A stretch of DNA of 64,000 nt from Hormiphora californensis (taxonomy: Eukaryota > Animalia > Ctenophora). The notes beneath the pieces are model-generated. The model was not told the DNA's origin. It ran no database searches and saw only the letters and a program-made list of their open reading frames with translations. The stretch spans positions 434,001 through 498,000 of the forward strand of contig CM035359.1 in the NCBI GenBank assembly GCA_020137815.1, read 5' to 3'. Below, piece after piece: positions 28,701 to 42,400 of the stretch. Each line of letters starts with the position of its first letter. The stretch's first letter is position 1. A program made the translations under genes and the position numbers.

Positions 28701-31700
28701 GGTTGTTTGTTGTTTTTGGCTTCTGTTTATGTTGTGTGTGTTTGCCGTTTGGTCCAGTCTTTTACAATTTTGTCCCCTATGTACATATTGATGTCTTATG
28801 TAATGTGCTAATGTAAATTCCCCCATAGCATTATTGATAATGGCCGTACAGCCGAAACGTCTAATAAATGAGCGTCTTCGATGTCATATCGCACCCTCCA
28901 ACAATATTGGTGTGAACAATGGAACCAAGAAGTACTAAACTACATTGTACACACAACATAACCCAGTCTGCAATAATTCTTACCTGCAGTGTAGACCATT
29001 TCACAATCAAGGCCCCAAACAGAGGGGGCCCTATCTCGCTTCTTGGCTCTGAAGTAACCTGAATAGAGAAACTGTTAAAGAAGTAAGAAGATGGGAAATG
29101 TTTTTGACCTTAGTAGTGTTTCATAAAGTTAACTGTAAAGGAATTTAAAGAGATTTGGGACACGCTACTTACTAGTCCAGTCCCTATTAGGATATTCCAC
29201 AGTATGAACGTGTCCAGTAGCCACCGCACACCCCGGACTCCCATCCCCCTGGTTGCAACAATCGTACTGCCGGACTTTATCCAGCTCCCCTTTGGGACCC
29301 CTGGTGCTGCGGTTCCGGGACTTGCCACTGTGGTGAATACACCTGAGGGAGGTTATCAACTGGTAACAAGAACAACATTCTTGGTAGGAACCTACAATCA
29401 GATACAGTTGGACCCCGCTATACTGGCCCCCGATTAACCGATTTAAATTGGGATCCGACTGTTTTGTAACAATAAATTAACTACTAACTAGATAATTAGC
29501 TAACAATTAAATAATTAACCAACAACTAATTAATTAATTACCTTTCAGATCGGATGTATTCGCCTTCCTCAGTAAGCTCAAACAACTTGCTACATCTCAC
29601 ACAATGATTACCCTCTAACACAGGAGGTTTATACTCGTAGTAGCCCGGGTAGAAATTCTTCTTTAGCTCCGTCTGAAGGTGAGGAGAGTTATGTATCTAG
29701 CCCTCCTTTACGCGGAGAGAGAGAGGGTCAAGCAAGTCAATGTGAAGAATGGTTGTTGAGATTTCAACACACAGTGAGGGCATGATGGCTCAGAACCGGT
29801 TAAATTGCCCTAATTAGGGAATCGAATAGAACTGCAAACATTGTGTTACCTTTGATACTTTGTACTTCAGTATAGATGTGTAAAGGAGCTGCTGTTTTGT
29901 AAGAGAGGAACCACCTGTTGATTTCGTTGTAGATTCCTGAGAGAGAGGGAGCCGGTGGTAATGTGGTGATGGGGTCCGGGGGGGGGGGGCAAGGGGTAGT
30001 ATGAAGACTTGGATGGAATAATTAAATCTTGTGAAGTTCAGTGAACAAAACCATTCAAAAACAGGTGACGTTCCAAAACCTACCTTTGCACTGCTCCCTC
30101 CCTTCGCTAATTCCCTTATCCTCTTCACCTCATTGGTACACAGGTTAGTATAGAGAGCCTTAGTCTTGCACTTGCTCAGACATGACTTCTCAGACTTCAC
30201 CCTGGGGCAATTGCAGCAATTAGGAAAAATAACTAGAATAAAATATAAAAACGGGGGTCTGTATTAGCAGGAAAGTTCATCTTAGAATTCAAATAACAAT
30301 CCTAAACGTACCCCTCAGCGAAGCATTTTGGCCGATTATCTGGCCACAGTTTCAGGTACTCCGTTATAAAGAAATCCAGCCGGACCTGTCGGGCTGATGG
30401 GGGAATAATGGCCCTATCTTTTAGATCAATTCTCGGCCCACCAGGATGTCGTATTGGAATCTGGAGAAAGGAAACATTGAAAGATGGATTAAATCAATGG
30501 TCGTGGCATTTTTCGGAGAGTTGTGGTTACTTTTGTGTAATATTGGGGCTGGCATTATGTGAGACACCCTGTATAACACACCTTAGTCTCAGAGGGCTTT
30601 GTTTCCGTTTTGAAAGTTGCTTTAGTATTGGCATGGTGAGCAACCCGTTTCCTGTTCTTTTTATGGGAGCTAGCAAATCTGTGAGGGTCATCCTCGGAGG
30701 GCGGTGTAGGTGGATCAAAGTGGGATAGTTCCTGGGAGATTAGGTGGGTCAAAGTGGGAAAGTTTCTTAGAGATTAGGGCGGTCAAAGTGGGAAAGTTCC
30801 TGAGAGATATTAGATGGATCAAATTGGGAAAGTTTCTTAGAGATTAGGGGGGTCAAAGTGGGAAAGTTTCTTAGAGATAAGGTGGGTCAAAGTGGGAAAG
30901 TTGATTAGAGATTAGGTGGGTCAAAGTAGGAAAGTTGATTAGAGATTAGGTGGGTCAAAGTGGGAATGTTTCTCAGAGATTAGTGGGGTCAAAGTAGGAA
31001 AGTTTCTTAGAGATTAGGGTGGTCAAAGTAGGAAAGTTTCTAAGAGATTAGGGGGGTCAAAGTGGGAAAGTTTCTTAGTGATTAGGGGGGTCAAAGTGGG
31101 AAAGTTTCTTAGAGATAAGGGGGTCAAAGTAGGAATGTTTCTTAGAGATAAGGGGGTCAAAGTAGGAAAGTTTCTTAGAGATAAGGGGGTCAAAGTGGGA
31201 AAGTTTCTTAGAGATAAGGGGGTCAAAGTAGGAAAGTTTCTTAGAGATAAGGGGGTCAAAGTAGGAAAGTTTCTTAGAGATAAGGGGGTCAAAGTGGGAA
31301 AGTTTCTTAGAGATAAGGGGGTCAAAGTGGGAAAGTTTCTTAGAGATAAGGGGGGTCAAAGTGGGAAAGTTTCTTAGAGATTAGGGGGGTCAAAGTGGGA
31401 AAGTTTCTTAGAGATAAGGGGGTCAAAGTAGGAATGTTTCTTAGAGATAAGGGGGTCAAAGTAGGAAAGTTTCTTAGAGATAAGGGGGTCAAAGTAGGAA
31501 AGTTTCTTAGAGATAAGGGGGTCAAAGTAGGAAAGTTTCTTAGAGATAAGGGGGTCAAAGTGGGAAAGTTTCTTAGAGATAAGGGGGTCAAAGTAGGAAA
31601 GTTTCTTAGAGATAAGGGGGTCAAAGTAGGAAAGTTTCTTAGAGATAAGGGGGTCAAAGTGGGAAAGTTTCTTAGAGATTAGGTGGATCAAAGTGGGAAA

Positions 31701-34700
31701 GTTTCTTAGGGATTAGGGGGTCAAAGTAGGAAAGTTTCTTAGAGATTACGTGGGTCAAAGTGGGAAAGTTTCTTAGAGATTAGGTGGGTCAAAGTATGAA
31801 AGTTGCTGGGAGAGATAGGGTGGCAGTGAAATTTTAATCCATGCAAATGATGTTGTACCTAGGAAAAACAATGTGTGTAACTCACCTCTCGTTTGTATTT
31901 TGATGACTTGGAATGTTCCATAGAAATTCTTAGAATTTGATGAAGCTAGAGGAATGTTTCCTCCGTTCCAGATCGTTTTTCTTCTTTTTCATGTGATGCG
32001 GAATTATAGACTCTGCCTTCATCAATCTCTCCGCCCCCTGGTTTTAACTTTTTCCTTGGTTTCTCAATTCTAATGGTATGGTGCTTCTGATGCAGCTTCC
32101 TGATAGATGATGCTGATTTTTCATCCAGAGATGTTCGGAGATGAGGTTGATGGGCGGTTCTCGGGTGATCGGAGGGGAGATGATAAACGTTTTCCGTTTC
32201 CGTTTAGGATGAGATCCGATAGAGGTGAACGGAATCACTAGAATCTATATCACTAGAAGAGTCACTGCCGGACGATGAAGAAGAACTGTCCTGGTCAGAA
32301 GATGACGAACTTCCTGCCTCCTCCCTCAGTTCCTTTCTTGATTGACTTCTTGTATTGCTTTCTCCCAAATCTTAGCCTTTCAAATTCTTGATTGCCTCCT
32401 AGCCTCTCAATTCTCCTAATTTCTTTCTTTGTCTCATCCTCGGAACTGCTACCCCCAAACTCCTCCTGAAACCGACGCTGCTGTTCCTCCAAATCCTTCT
32501 GGAATTCCCGGGTCATTATCTCATCTTCCTCCTCCTCCATCTCCTCTCCCTCCATCCAAGATCCCAGTTTGATTGTCTCACGATGCCTTTTCTTCTGGAA
32601 GGTTTTCCGATATTTCCCGTTCGGAGAAGTGTCCTTATCAGTTTTTGTAGCGGCGGGTGTTTCATTGAAAGTTGCTGCCGCCTTTTTCTTCCATGCAGGC
32701 ACAGGAGTGGGGGAGGAAGGACCAAACACATCGTCCTCCAGATCAGCTTGCTTTTGGCGTTGGAGTTTTTCAAACAGTGACGGTTTGGCCACCACTGGTG
32801 CTTTCACCGGGGATGCTGGTGGGGGTGGTGACGGTTTCTTCTTTTGAACAACTTTTACTTCATGTTTTACTTGTTTTACTTCTGTTATCTCATCCTCACT
32901 ACTTTCCTTCCTAGTAAAGGGCGGTTTCTCCTCGATCACTATTTCCTCTTCCTCTTCCTCCTCTTCCTCCTCGCCATCTGACAACAAAACCTCATCTTCA
33001 GCGAATACATCAGGTAGTTCACTGTCACCTGAGACATGGGTGACACGCGAGGGAGAGGTGGTGAAGGGGACATCTGCTGTACTGTACGGATCATCGAAGT
33101 TATCAACAGAACAGTTCAAAGATGGCTTCTTCTTTCCGTTTGACAATGCTGGTTTCGGTAGATCTTCCTTCTTTGAGGCAACCACAGGTTTCACAACGTC
33201 TACTTTGTATTCTGGTTTTGCGGAGGAGTTGTTGTTGATTACTGGTTTAGATGAAGTCAATCCAACACCAGGAGTGTAAACTAGATCATCTGAGGCGTCT
33301 GAGGTCTCACTTTGTTGTGAGTATTGAGGCATTGGAAGATACTCCTCCTCTTCCTTCACATCCTCCTTCACCTCCTCTTTCTCATCATCAGAAAATTCAC
33401 CCACTTTCTCATCTGCGATGTGCACAACCGGGGGTTTAGGAGGTAGGGCGAACTTCTCAAACAGATTAGATGATTTCTGAACAGGTTGCTGCTGCTGTTG
33501 TTGTTTCTTCCGTGAGAACGAGTTAGAGATAGATATCGGGCCACCTCTCAGTTTGTCAAACACATTATTTAGGGCGGGCTTCTTTTTGATAATCTGCTTG
33601 TAGTCAACAGTCACTTTCGGCTGTGCGGGTGAGGATTGGGGAGCGTAGCTGGGAAGTTTACGAGGTACAGCAGCGGGAAGTTTGGCCGGTACTGGAGGAG
33701 GAGGTTTAACCGCTGAAATATATGGTTTTGTTAAGATAAAGGATCGGATGTTTAAAAGCGGGATATAAATTTGATTTGATTTACATTGATTTGATTTGAT
33801 TTGATTAACAACAAAATTCAAGTAAAAACTTTGTACATCATCATCATCATCAATAAACATTTAATATCCCGCTTTATAGCATACTAGTCAATGTAATTCG
33901 GCCTTCGGCCGAAAAGGGCCGGGCCCGTCGCTCATTCTCTCTGTCTCTGTCTGTCTCTCTGTGTCTCTCTGTGTCTCTCTGTCTTCGCCAATTTTCTACT
34001 CTATATGGGGATCTCATCACCCACAGTGGACTACTGGGTGAAATGTGGGATCTGATACTCACAAATTACTACCTTGCTGTACATTTTGCGTTAGCTCTCG
34101 TTTTTACCACAGTACACATTGTACTACCTACTCGAGAGGCCCCACCTAGCAAGATCTACACGCGGGTTTCTTTACCCAACGGTAAATACCTACTACACCT
34201 TTATTTACCGTAAACAAAATCTAACACCAACCCTTTTCCCGGAACTGACTGGTACCGGAAACTCCAACTCTGATAATTACTGATTAGCGAGACCGTCCTT
34301 CCTTCCAAAACTCCTCGGTACTGGTGACGGTACGGGGTCGTCTGTACTGTACGGTAAGCAGTTACTACCCCACCATCACCATACCTTCTCTCACGACCCT
34401 CTCTCTCCCTCTTTTCTGAGGTCCCGACGGCAGTGATTGCGAAGGAAAACAAGGACGCCACACGGAAACAAGGACGCCACACCGGAGTTTCTGGCTACAG
34501 GTTTGAGTTTCAAAACATCAGCTACCTAAACAATTGTCTCAAATCTGCCAGTTACTACCTATAATGAGTCCCATTTCTACCCTCTGTTCGGTAAAACAAG
34601 AAAAGTTAGGGGGACCCACGCAAAAAAATTTTCCCGAGTGGGACTCGAACCTCCCTCCCTCCAGTCCCTCCGCGCGGCGAGCAGAGTCTCTAACTGCTGC

Positions 34701-37700
34701 GCCACGGAGGCGACGAGAAATTTGCGACTCAGTCCACTATATAGGAAAACATCAAACTACCATTATGAAGAAACTTCTCGGTAGAAGGTCATCACGCAAC
34801 ACATCATACGTGTTGATTGCTACATTTTTCCTCATAATTATTGGATTCGATTGGAAACTTACATCTCGGGAGTGCAGTAGCATCACTACTAGTGACGAGT
34901 TGACCGGTTCGGAATTTTTGTATTTCCCTACCTACCACCACCAACCCTCACCCTCCCCATCTTCCAACAGTGCTAACCTCACCAGAACACAACTCCAATT
35001 CGAAGCTAACCCACCACCCGCAAACCACACACTGAGGCCCAACATCCTCGTGCTCTTGCTTCTTTTGACGGTCCTGCCTGGGATCAGTTTCAACTTGTCG
35101 TGGCTCGGTTACGGTGGAGCCCGTGAGGCTGATGGAGCCCTGAGCAGCACTCTCATTGGTGCCGAGGCGATTCAGGAGGAACAATCCCCGACCACGAGCA
35201 ACAGGCTAATCAAAGAAGATCACGGTATAGATCCCACCCGTACCCCTCAGTTTAGAACACCTCGACGTGGCAGCCCCTATGGACGGTTAAACAGAAGAAG
35301 GACCCTCAGTGACCCACCACAGTCACTCCTAAGCGACTCTCATCTCAACCCGAGGGTGCAAACGCCACCACGATCAAAACTCGACTCCCAGGGACCCCTA
35401 TATGACCCTAGAACAAACACACTAATCCTATTTAAATGTTCTGGATCAGACTTAGAGGAATCCCTTGACGCTGCCACTCTGGGCGGCCAGATTAGTCGAG
35501 ATCTCATGAAAAGATACGGAGACAGTACACTATCATCCATGTGCACTCTGAATCTCGGTACAGACTGCGAGTACTGTCCCCAGATTTACAAAGACCTAAT
35601 ATCTGTACTTCTGTCCAAACGTCGGAGCATCTTCCCAAACATCGGCGGAGGTGAATGGAACCACCTCACCATCACATCAACGTACAGCAGAGAAAACGAG
35701 GTCAAATTCCAATCGGAAGAAGATGTGCTCACTGTTCTACACATAGGAATGGAACAGAAGGTGCAATACAGATCAACAAAAAATATTGTCGAACTGAACA
35801 TGGACACACTATCGGCTGTATTTGTGAACCCGAAACACAGCAGCACAGTGAGACCCATGAAGACCTCAGCCGGAAACACCACACTTGATTTCCACTACTG
35901 GATTGTACCCAAACACAAATCCAGAACTCCACACCAGGACAAAAACGACAAGAAGGCCAACGAGCTGAAACCCCCAAAGACGACGACGACACTGCCAGCG
36001 GATCCTATCTGCTTTGTACCTACAGATCAGTTGCCGACTCAAGAGAAGAAAAGGCATGACCTGACAGAGACCACCACGCAAGAGGATCCTAGCGGGCCAG
36101 CCCACCCTAACCAGTCGGAGATCCGGACCAAAGGCACGGATATTTTACCGATACCTGAGATCTCTGTCAGTTCGGAACCGGTAAGATCAGCCCCTGTAGA
36201 GCAATTTCCGAAAGATGATAAAGATGATCTACCACCTCGAGAGGACCCCACCGGCTCAATTACACCTATTGAGACCAAAGGTACGGAGGGTTTACCGACA
36301 TCTATCAGGTCAACCCCAGACAACGAGATGCCTAAACCCGTAGATGATGCTGATAGAATAAGCAGCACAGACAGAAAGGACGCGGAGACGAGTAAATATA
36401 CTGCCTCCGGTGAGGAAGACGGCGCCGAAGATACCAAGGCACCGAGGGTATGCATGTTTGAGTCACTTCTGGTCAATGCAGCCAGCGCAACAAACGAGAA
36501 AACCGCGATAAAGCTTCTTAAAATATGCAACATATGCCCGAGTAACTTCCTCCCTGGAAACCATGCTCTCCTGAAGGAAACCTTAGTGAAGTTTTGTCAG
36601 AACGATGAAGCTCCCCCTAAAACTGTTACAGAGTTCCTCATCTTGTCATTAAGAGATCAAGTAGTCAAACCTGAACTCCAAAAGCTAGGCATCACGCCGG
36701 GAGGCAACGCTTATGCCAGAAAGTATCAACTGGTCAACTTCATTCTCGAGGAGACTGATAGGGAAGTCAACCTAAACACTTCCTACATGAAGAAAAGACA
36801 GACCAAACGACTCAAAAAGATTCTATCCACCACCAACGTGGATCTGAATGAGGAACATAATGAGAGGAGAAAAGATAAAAGGAAAGTCCAAACAGTGAAC
36901 ACAAAAGAGGAAATCCTGAGGAGATACTCCAGCGAGAAACTCACAGATAGTCCAACGAAGAACACTCCAAAGATGCAGGACGACTATATCAAAACGCCAC
37001 CACGGCAAGCGGCTCCGACGACGTGTCCATCGAAGGAGGAGTGGGCAAGTACCGGGCAGATTCTGACTCTAGAGAAGAGTATTCTTCAGCTAAGATCGGA
37101 GACTGATAGGAACACGGCGTGTGTAGATGCGATCCTTGAGAACGAAGACACTATGGGGAGCGAGATCGATAGGATCAAACGTGATTCACTGCAACATCCT
37201 ACAACCACCAAGGAAATTTCAATTCTCAAAGAGGTCATAGAAAGTCTAAAAGTCGCTATTAGCAATCTACAGACTACCTGCTCAAGCCAAACAGATAAAA
37301 TAAACGAATTGAGCATGTCTAACAAGAGCCTAATAGAGAAAACTAACACACTACAGGCGGATAACAGCAAGCAATCGAGGACGATCGAGGAGCTCACGCA
37401 GAAGATAGAGAAACTTGAGCAGGATCAGGAAGACCTCAATCATCCAACCAAAGCAGATCAAATGAGGAAGGCAGAGGAACTCCATCAGAAAAACGAAGCC
37501 CTATCCTCTAAGACATCTGCAATGGAGCAAGAAATTGCAAACCTAAAGAGAACAATGTCTCACCAAAGGGGCGTCAATGAAACAGGAAGGCCCAGACAAA
37601 GCGGCCCAGATACACCCGACCAAGGAGAAAACCCCACTAACGAGCCAGAAGAGGCGAGACAGACTTATAGAAGACCAGGAGCGATCGGCTATAACTCGCA

Positions 37701-40700
37701 CTCACACAATAGCAGGTTCGCGGGAAACATTACATATTCAGCCCACCGCGGACAAGCTAGTAGAAACAGAAATACCACCGCCTCTACAAGGCAAAGTCAA
37801 CAACAGTCGGCTGATGGTGGAAGTACCGGTAGAGATAATACCGGGAGAAACACGAGAGCTAATATCGGACAAGAAAAGTGTCTCCTCATACACGACGGCA
37901 CCTTCAACGACTTTGACAAAGCGAGATTCACGAAGCGCTACGAAGTCGAGACAGTGAAATGTCCAACCATTGGGAAGGCAACGACGGACACTACGATACT
38001 CGGCAAAATCGAATCCTACAAACCTGGCCTAATCATCATACACCTTGGATATGCGGACATCCATGAAGGACGGGAGTCAGAGGAGGTGATTGGTGAATGT
38101 AAAGCGCTCATTAGATCTGCTTGCAAAAAAGGCAAAACGTGTTTCTCGCTACCCCTAGTGCCTCAAAACACCGAGCACGCGGAGTTTCGGGACAAGTTAC
38201 AGCGATTCAGTGACACAATGTCAGATTACATCACCAACTATAGAAGAACAAAAGATGGAGGTGATTTTCAAGTGTTCACCAGCCACCCAGGTCCCCTCAA
38301 CACACACGTGAAAATCCAAAATGAATTGCCTGAAGCGAAAATCACTACGGCCTACGGGAAAGTCCTCCTCTGGATCAAATTCAGAGACAGTCTCGACAGA
38401 ATGACAGGCCGCCTGCTCCCTAGGAGACGGGCAAATGACAACAGCACAAACAACAACCATGAATCGTAGCATCTTGAAGAATATCCCATTCGAAGTCTTG
38501 CACTGGAACATTCAGGACGGCAGCTCAGTAGGTGGACCTAAACAAGACGACCCAGATTTCCTTGAAATACTGCAGGGAAAAAGTATTTTCTGCCTCCAAG
38601 AGACTAAGGGCTCAATATCAATTCCTGGATACCTATGCTACAACAAACTGAGGGACAAATCCAGGTCAGGTGGGGTATGTACCGGAATTGCAAGAGAAAT
38701 CGCTACACGATGGAAAGCACGGGAGGTGTTCACCGGGCATGAGGACATCTTAGCTGTCAACTTGAGCCCTCACAGCAGTGATAGAGAAACGCCGCTGCTA
38801 GTGATAAATGTTTACGACTCTCCCTCCCACTCATCATACAAACGCCGCAACGCGGGTAACCAGACATCAGTCATGGAATCTCTCCTAAGTCTGCTTCTGA
38901 ATCATCAACACACCGAGATACTCTTGTGTGGTGACATGAACGCAAGAACCAATACTCTGAACCATGATCTGGTTGAAATATCTTCTGAACACGAGGATTT
39001 TCCGAGATCTCACCAAACCTTAAAAGGCCGATCTCGCTCTTCAAAAGATACACGGCAAGCCGATGCCAGAGGTAAACAGCTCATTGACCTGCTTGCCTCA
39101 ATGAACGCTACTCTCCTGAACGGTAATTGTGTGGGTGACATTACAGGAGAATATACCTGCGTGAAATATAATGGATCCAGTGTCGTAGACTACACAGCAG
39201 TGACGACTGGATTGCATGCCATGATTAAAAGCTATCAAATCTTGGACTTGAACGTTTTCTCTGACCATCGTCCTTGTCTAACCAAGCTGGCATACCATGG
39301 CCCTCAAATCACCGAGGAAACACTTCTGGCCGACCTAGACCCAGCCCCGAGCAGATACAAACTCCACACCGCCGATGATAAGAAGGCTTTTAAAACGACA
39401 CTTCAAGGCGACGCATGTTATGCAGAAGCCAAGGCAATCAAAGAAGTATCCTGCTCGTCAGTCAATGAAACTATGGAACTCAATCAAAGGCTAGTTGGAG
39501 TCTTCAAAAAGGCAGCTGACATCACGGTGCCTCTCAAAAAAGAGAACCCCAATCAAAAGAAGTCAAAGAGAAGAAAAACCATCCCTAAACAACCATGGTT
39601 TAGACATTGCTTACCCTCCAGGAAATTGGTGAACAGAATCTCCCAAAGAGCGGGTAGGAATCCCTCTGGAACGATCACGGGTCAACTCTTTACAACGAAG
39701 AAGGATCACAGAAGGTTGGTAAGAAACACTAAGAGACGCTGCATCAGAGAACTCTCCCAAGACATCGATGATGGTAACATTGACTGGAAAAACCTCAAGA
39801 AGTTAAAGAGCTTTGCACCCTCGGAGAACAAGCTGGACGCTTTTGACATGAAAAACTTCTGTAAGTTCTTCAAAAAACTCTACGCCAAACAGCCCCCTCC
39901 AGCCGCTATCTCAGGAAATGAACAAGCCATGTGCTGGGAATCAACATGTGACAAACCCATACCAGAAGATCTAGACAAAGCCCTTAACAGGGATGTTACA
40001 ACAGAAGAAGTGGCAGCTGTAACAAGGCGACTCAAGGACGGAAAAGCTGTAGCTGAGGATCAAATTGCCAATGAGTTCCTGAAAGCAAGCAGTACAGAAG
40101 TCATGGAGGCGACAGCCAACTTGTTTAACCAATGTCTCCAGAATCAGTGCTATCCTTGGAAAGAATCACTCGTCACCCCATTGTATAAGAAGGGCTGTAG
40201 GTATGATCCTAACAACTACAGGGCCGTGGCCGTGGCAAGCAACCTTGGAAAGCTATTCTCTGGGATCCTTCTGGATAGACTCCTGGATTTCCGCTCCATT
40301 GAAGTACCTGATCTACCAAATCAACTAGGTTTCTGCAAAGGAGCGCAAACCGCTGACCATGTTCTTACGCTGAAAACAACCATAGATAAGTACGTCCAGC
40401 AGAAATCTCGCCTCTATACGGTATTTGTGGATTACTCCAAAGCATTTGATACCGTGTGTAGGGAGGCCCTGCTGTATAAACTCTATCAATACGGCGTGCG
40501 GGGTCGGTTCTTCGGTGTGCTCAAGGACATGTATACGGGCTCCTCAGCCAGAATTAAGCTCCTTGGTAAGCTCACAGAGACTATAGAGGTTAACATCGGT
40601 ACCGAGCAAGGACACCCTCTAAGTCCGGAACTCTTCAAGATTTACGTGCACGAGCTCTCAGTAAGACTAAACAGGGAGGCGGGATCTTCATCACCATCCC

Positions 40701-42342
40701 TGGCAGGGAAACATATTTCTCACCTCCTGTGGGCTGATGATTTGGTTCTGATGGCTCTAAACCCTGCCAGCCTCCAACGACTCATCGATGTATTAGAGGA
40801 ATACTGCGAGGAATGGGGTCTCTCAGTTAACCTCAAGAAAACAGAAGTAATGGTATTCAACAAATCGGCTGTCAAACTGAAAGAAAGTGAAGGCTTTATA
40901 TACAAGGGACAGAGAATACCCTCCGCAAAGACGTACTGCTACCTGGGTGTAACATTCACTCTTAACGGATCTTTCAAGCTGAATGAAGCTAAGCTCAAGC
41001 AAAAAGCCCTCAGAGCTGTGTTCTCTATAAAGAAACAGATTGACTTCTCGGCAATAAGCCCCCGCACAGCTCTGAAACTTTTCGACTCACTTGTCCTCCC
41101 CGTTGCTAGCTACTGCTCGCAAGTGTGGCTCCCGCACACATCTTGGAAATCAGTGTTTAGCAAAGACTCAATGGACCTGAAGATCATAGCTAAATCCCCC
41201 CTGGAGAGATTGCATCTATCATTCTGCAAGATGGCCTTAGGAATCAACACTCGGGCCTCCAATGTTGCGGTGTGGGGTGATTGCGGGCGCCTCCCTCTGA
41301 CACTGGCACTAGGAAACGGAGCTCTTAAGTACTATAACCGCATCAAAGACATGGAAAATCGTGACACCCATGATACTCCCACCCCGTTAGTGGTTTATGC
41401 TCTGAAGGAGCAAGAAATACTGGAGCTTGACTGGGTCACACATGTACTAGCCATGAGCCGTCTCAACAAGGAAGACACGTTCACCACCACTTGGAACAGG
41501 GATCGCACTACTAACAAGAAGATGGAGTTTTACAATGTGGTGAAAACATCATTCTATCAAGAAGAATATCTTGACCTCGAACGTGACCTATCTAAATGGA
41601 TAGCAAGATTGAGATGCAGTGCTCATCGATTCAACATCGAAGTGGGAAGGCAACAAAAATACAGAGAAAGTACAAGGACGGAGGACACACTGATAAAGAA
41701 AAGAGCCTGTCCTATCTGCACCACAGAGGATCACCTTACTTTCCTGCTAATCTCTCAACTTCCCTCACACGAGACAATCACGGAGGACGAAGAACATGTA
41801 TTATTGCATTGCCGAGGGTACGACGACATCAGGAAACAGCATCTGTCTACAAATAAGCCACAGCTACATGCGGTTCGGATGAGAAGCCTCTTCAAGGACC
41901 ACCCCTGGGAAACTGCAGTATTCCTACGCAAAGCAAACAAAATCAGGCATCCTGCCCCGACTTGGAACACGGCGCATGTTAAGACCCAACCTCGACAAAC
42001 TATCCCATCTCAATGAAAACCACGCATCTACCTTGATGTCTTTTACACAACACAACACCAATGCCGGCCCCACTGGCGCCATGCCATGCCCGGTGAAGAG
42101 CCATTCCACTGACGCTATTAGTCATGTTTGGTGAAGATGCCGGCCCCACTGGCGCCATGCCATGCCCGGTGAAGAGCCATTCCACTGACGCTATTAGTCA
42201 TGTTTGGTGAAGATGTGCAGAACAGGTGCATCCTCTCGGTCTGTCTGCAAGAACTCTTCGGTGAAGTGTCAGCGGTTGGAGTGTATGCCGTTTATGCGAT
42301 TGAACGTGTAGGAGTGTGAGCGAGTATGCGTCTGCGTGCATA

Positions 42343-42400
<58 letters not shown>

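Larger units (their letters stand above)
26830..28920 (+). mobile_element. Penelope-like retroelement, 5'-truncated, with inverted 5' segment
   Basis: RT + GIY-YIG ORF; 27112-27200 is the reverse complement of about 27976-28063; a hammerhead motif lies in the 3' region. Confidence 0.85.

Noticed and set aside
30707-31810. Regular 31-48 bp arrays (also 3570 and 18171) as possible CRISPR arrays
   Set aside because: Units are head-to-tail with no unique spacers, the context is eukaryotic, and there are no cas genes.
32044-32320. Frame breaks in the large REXO1 exon and in MRPL44 5' exons as programmed frameshifts or pseudogenisation
   Set aside because: They are more simply explained by consensus indel errors; these are conserved genes with otherwise intact exons, and reads are needed to decide.
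42061-42214. GC-rich 76-bp duplicated unit as an HDV-like or hammerhead ribozyme
   Set aside because: I could not build the conserved core or nested pseudoknot on either strand.
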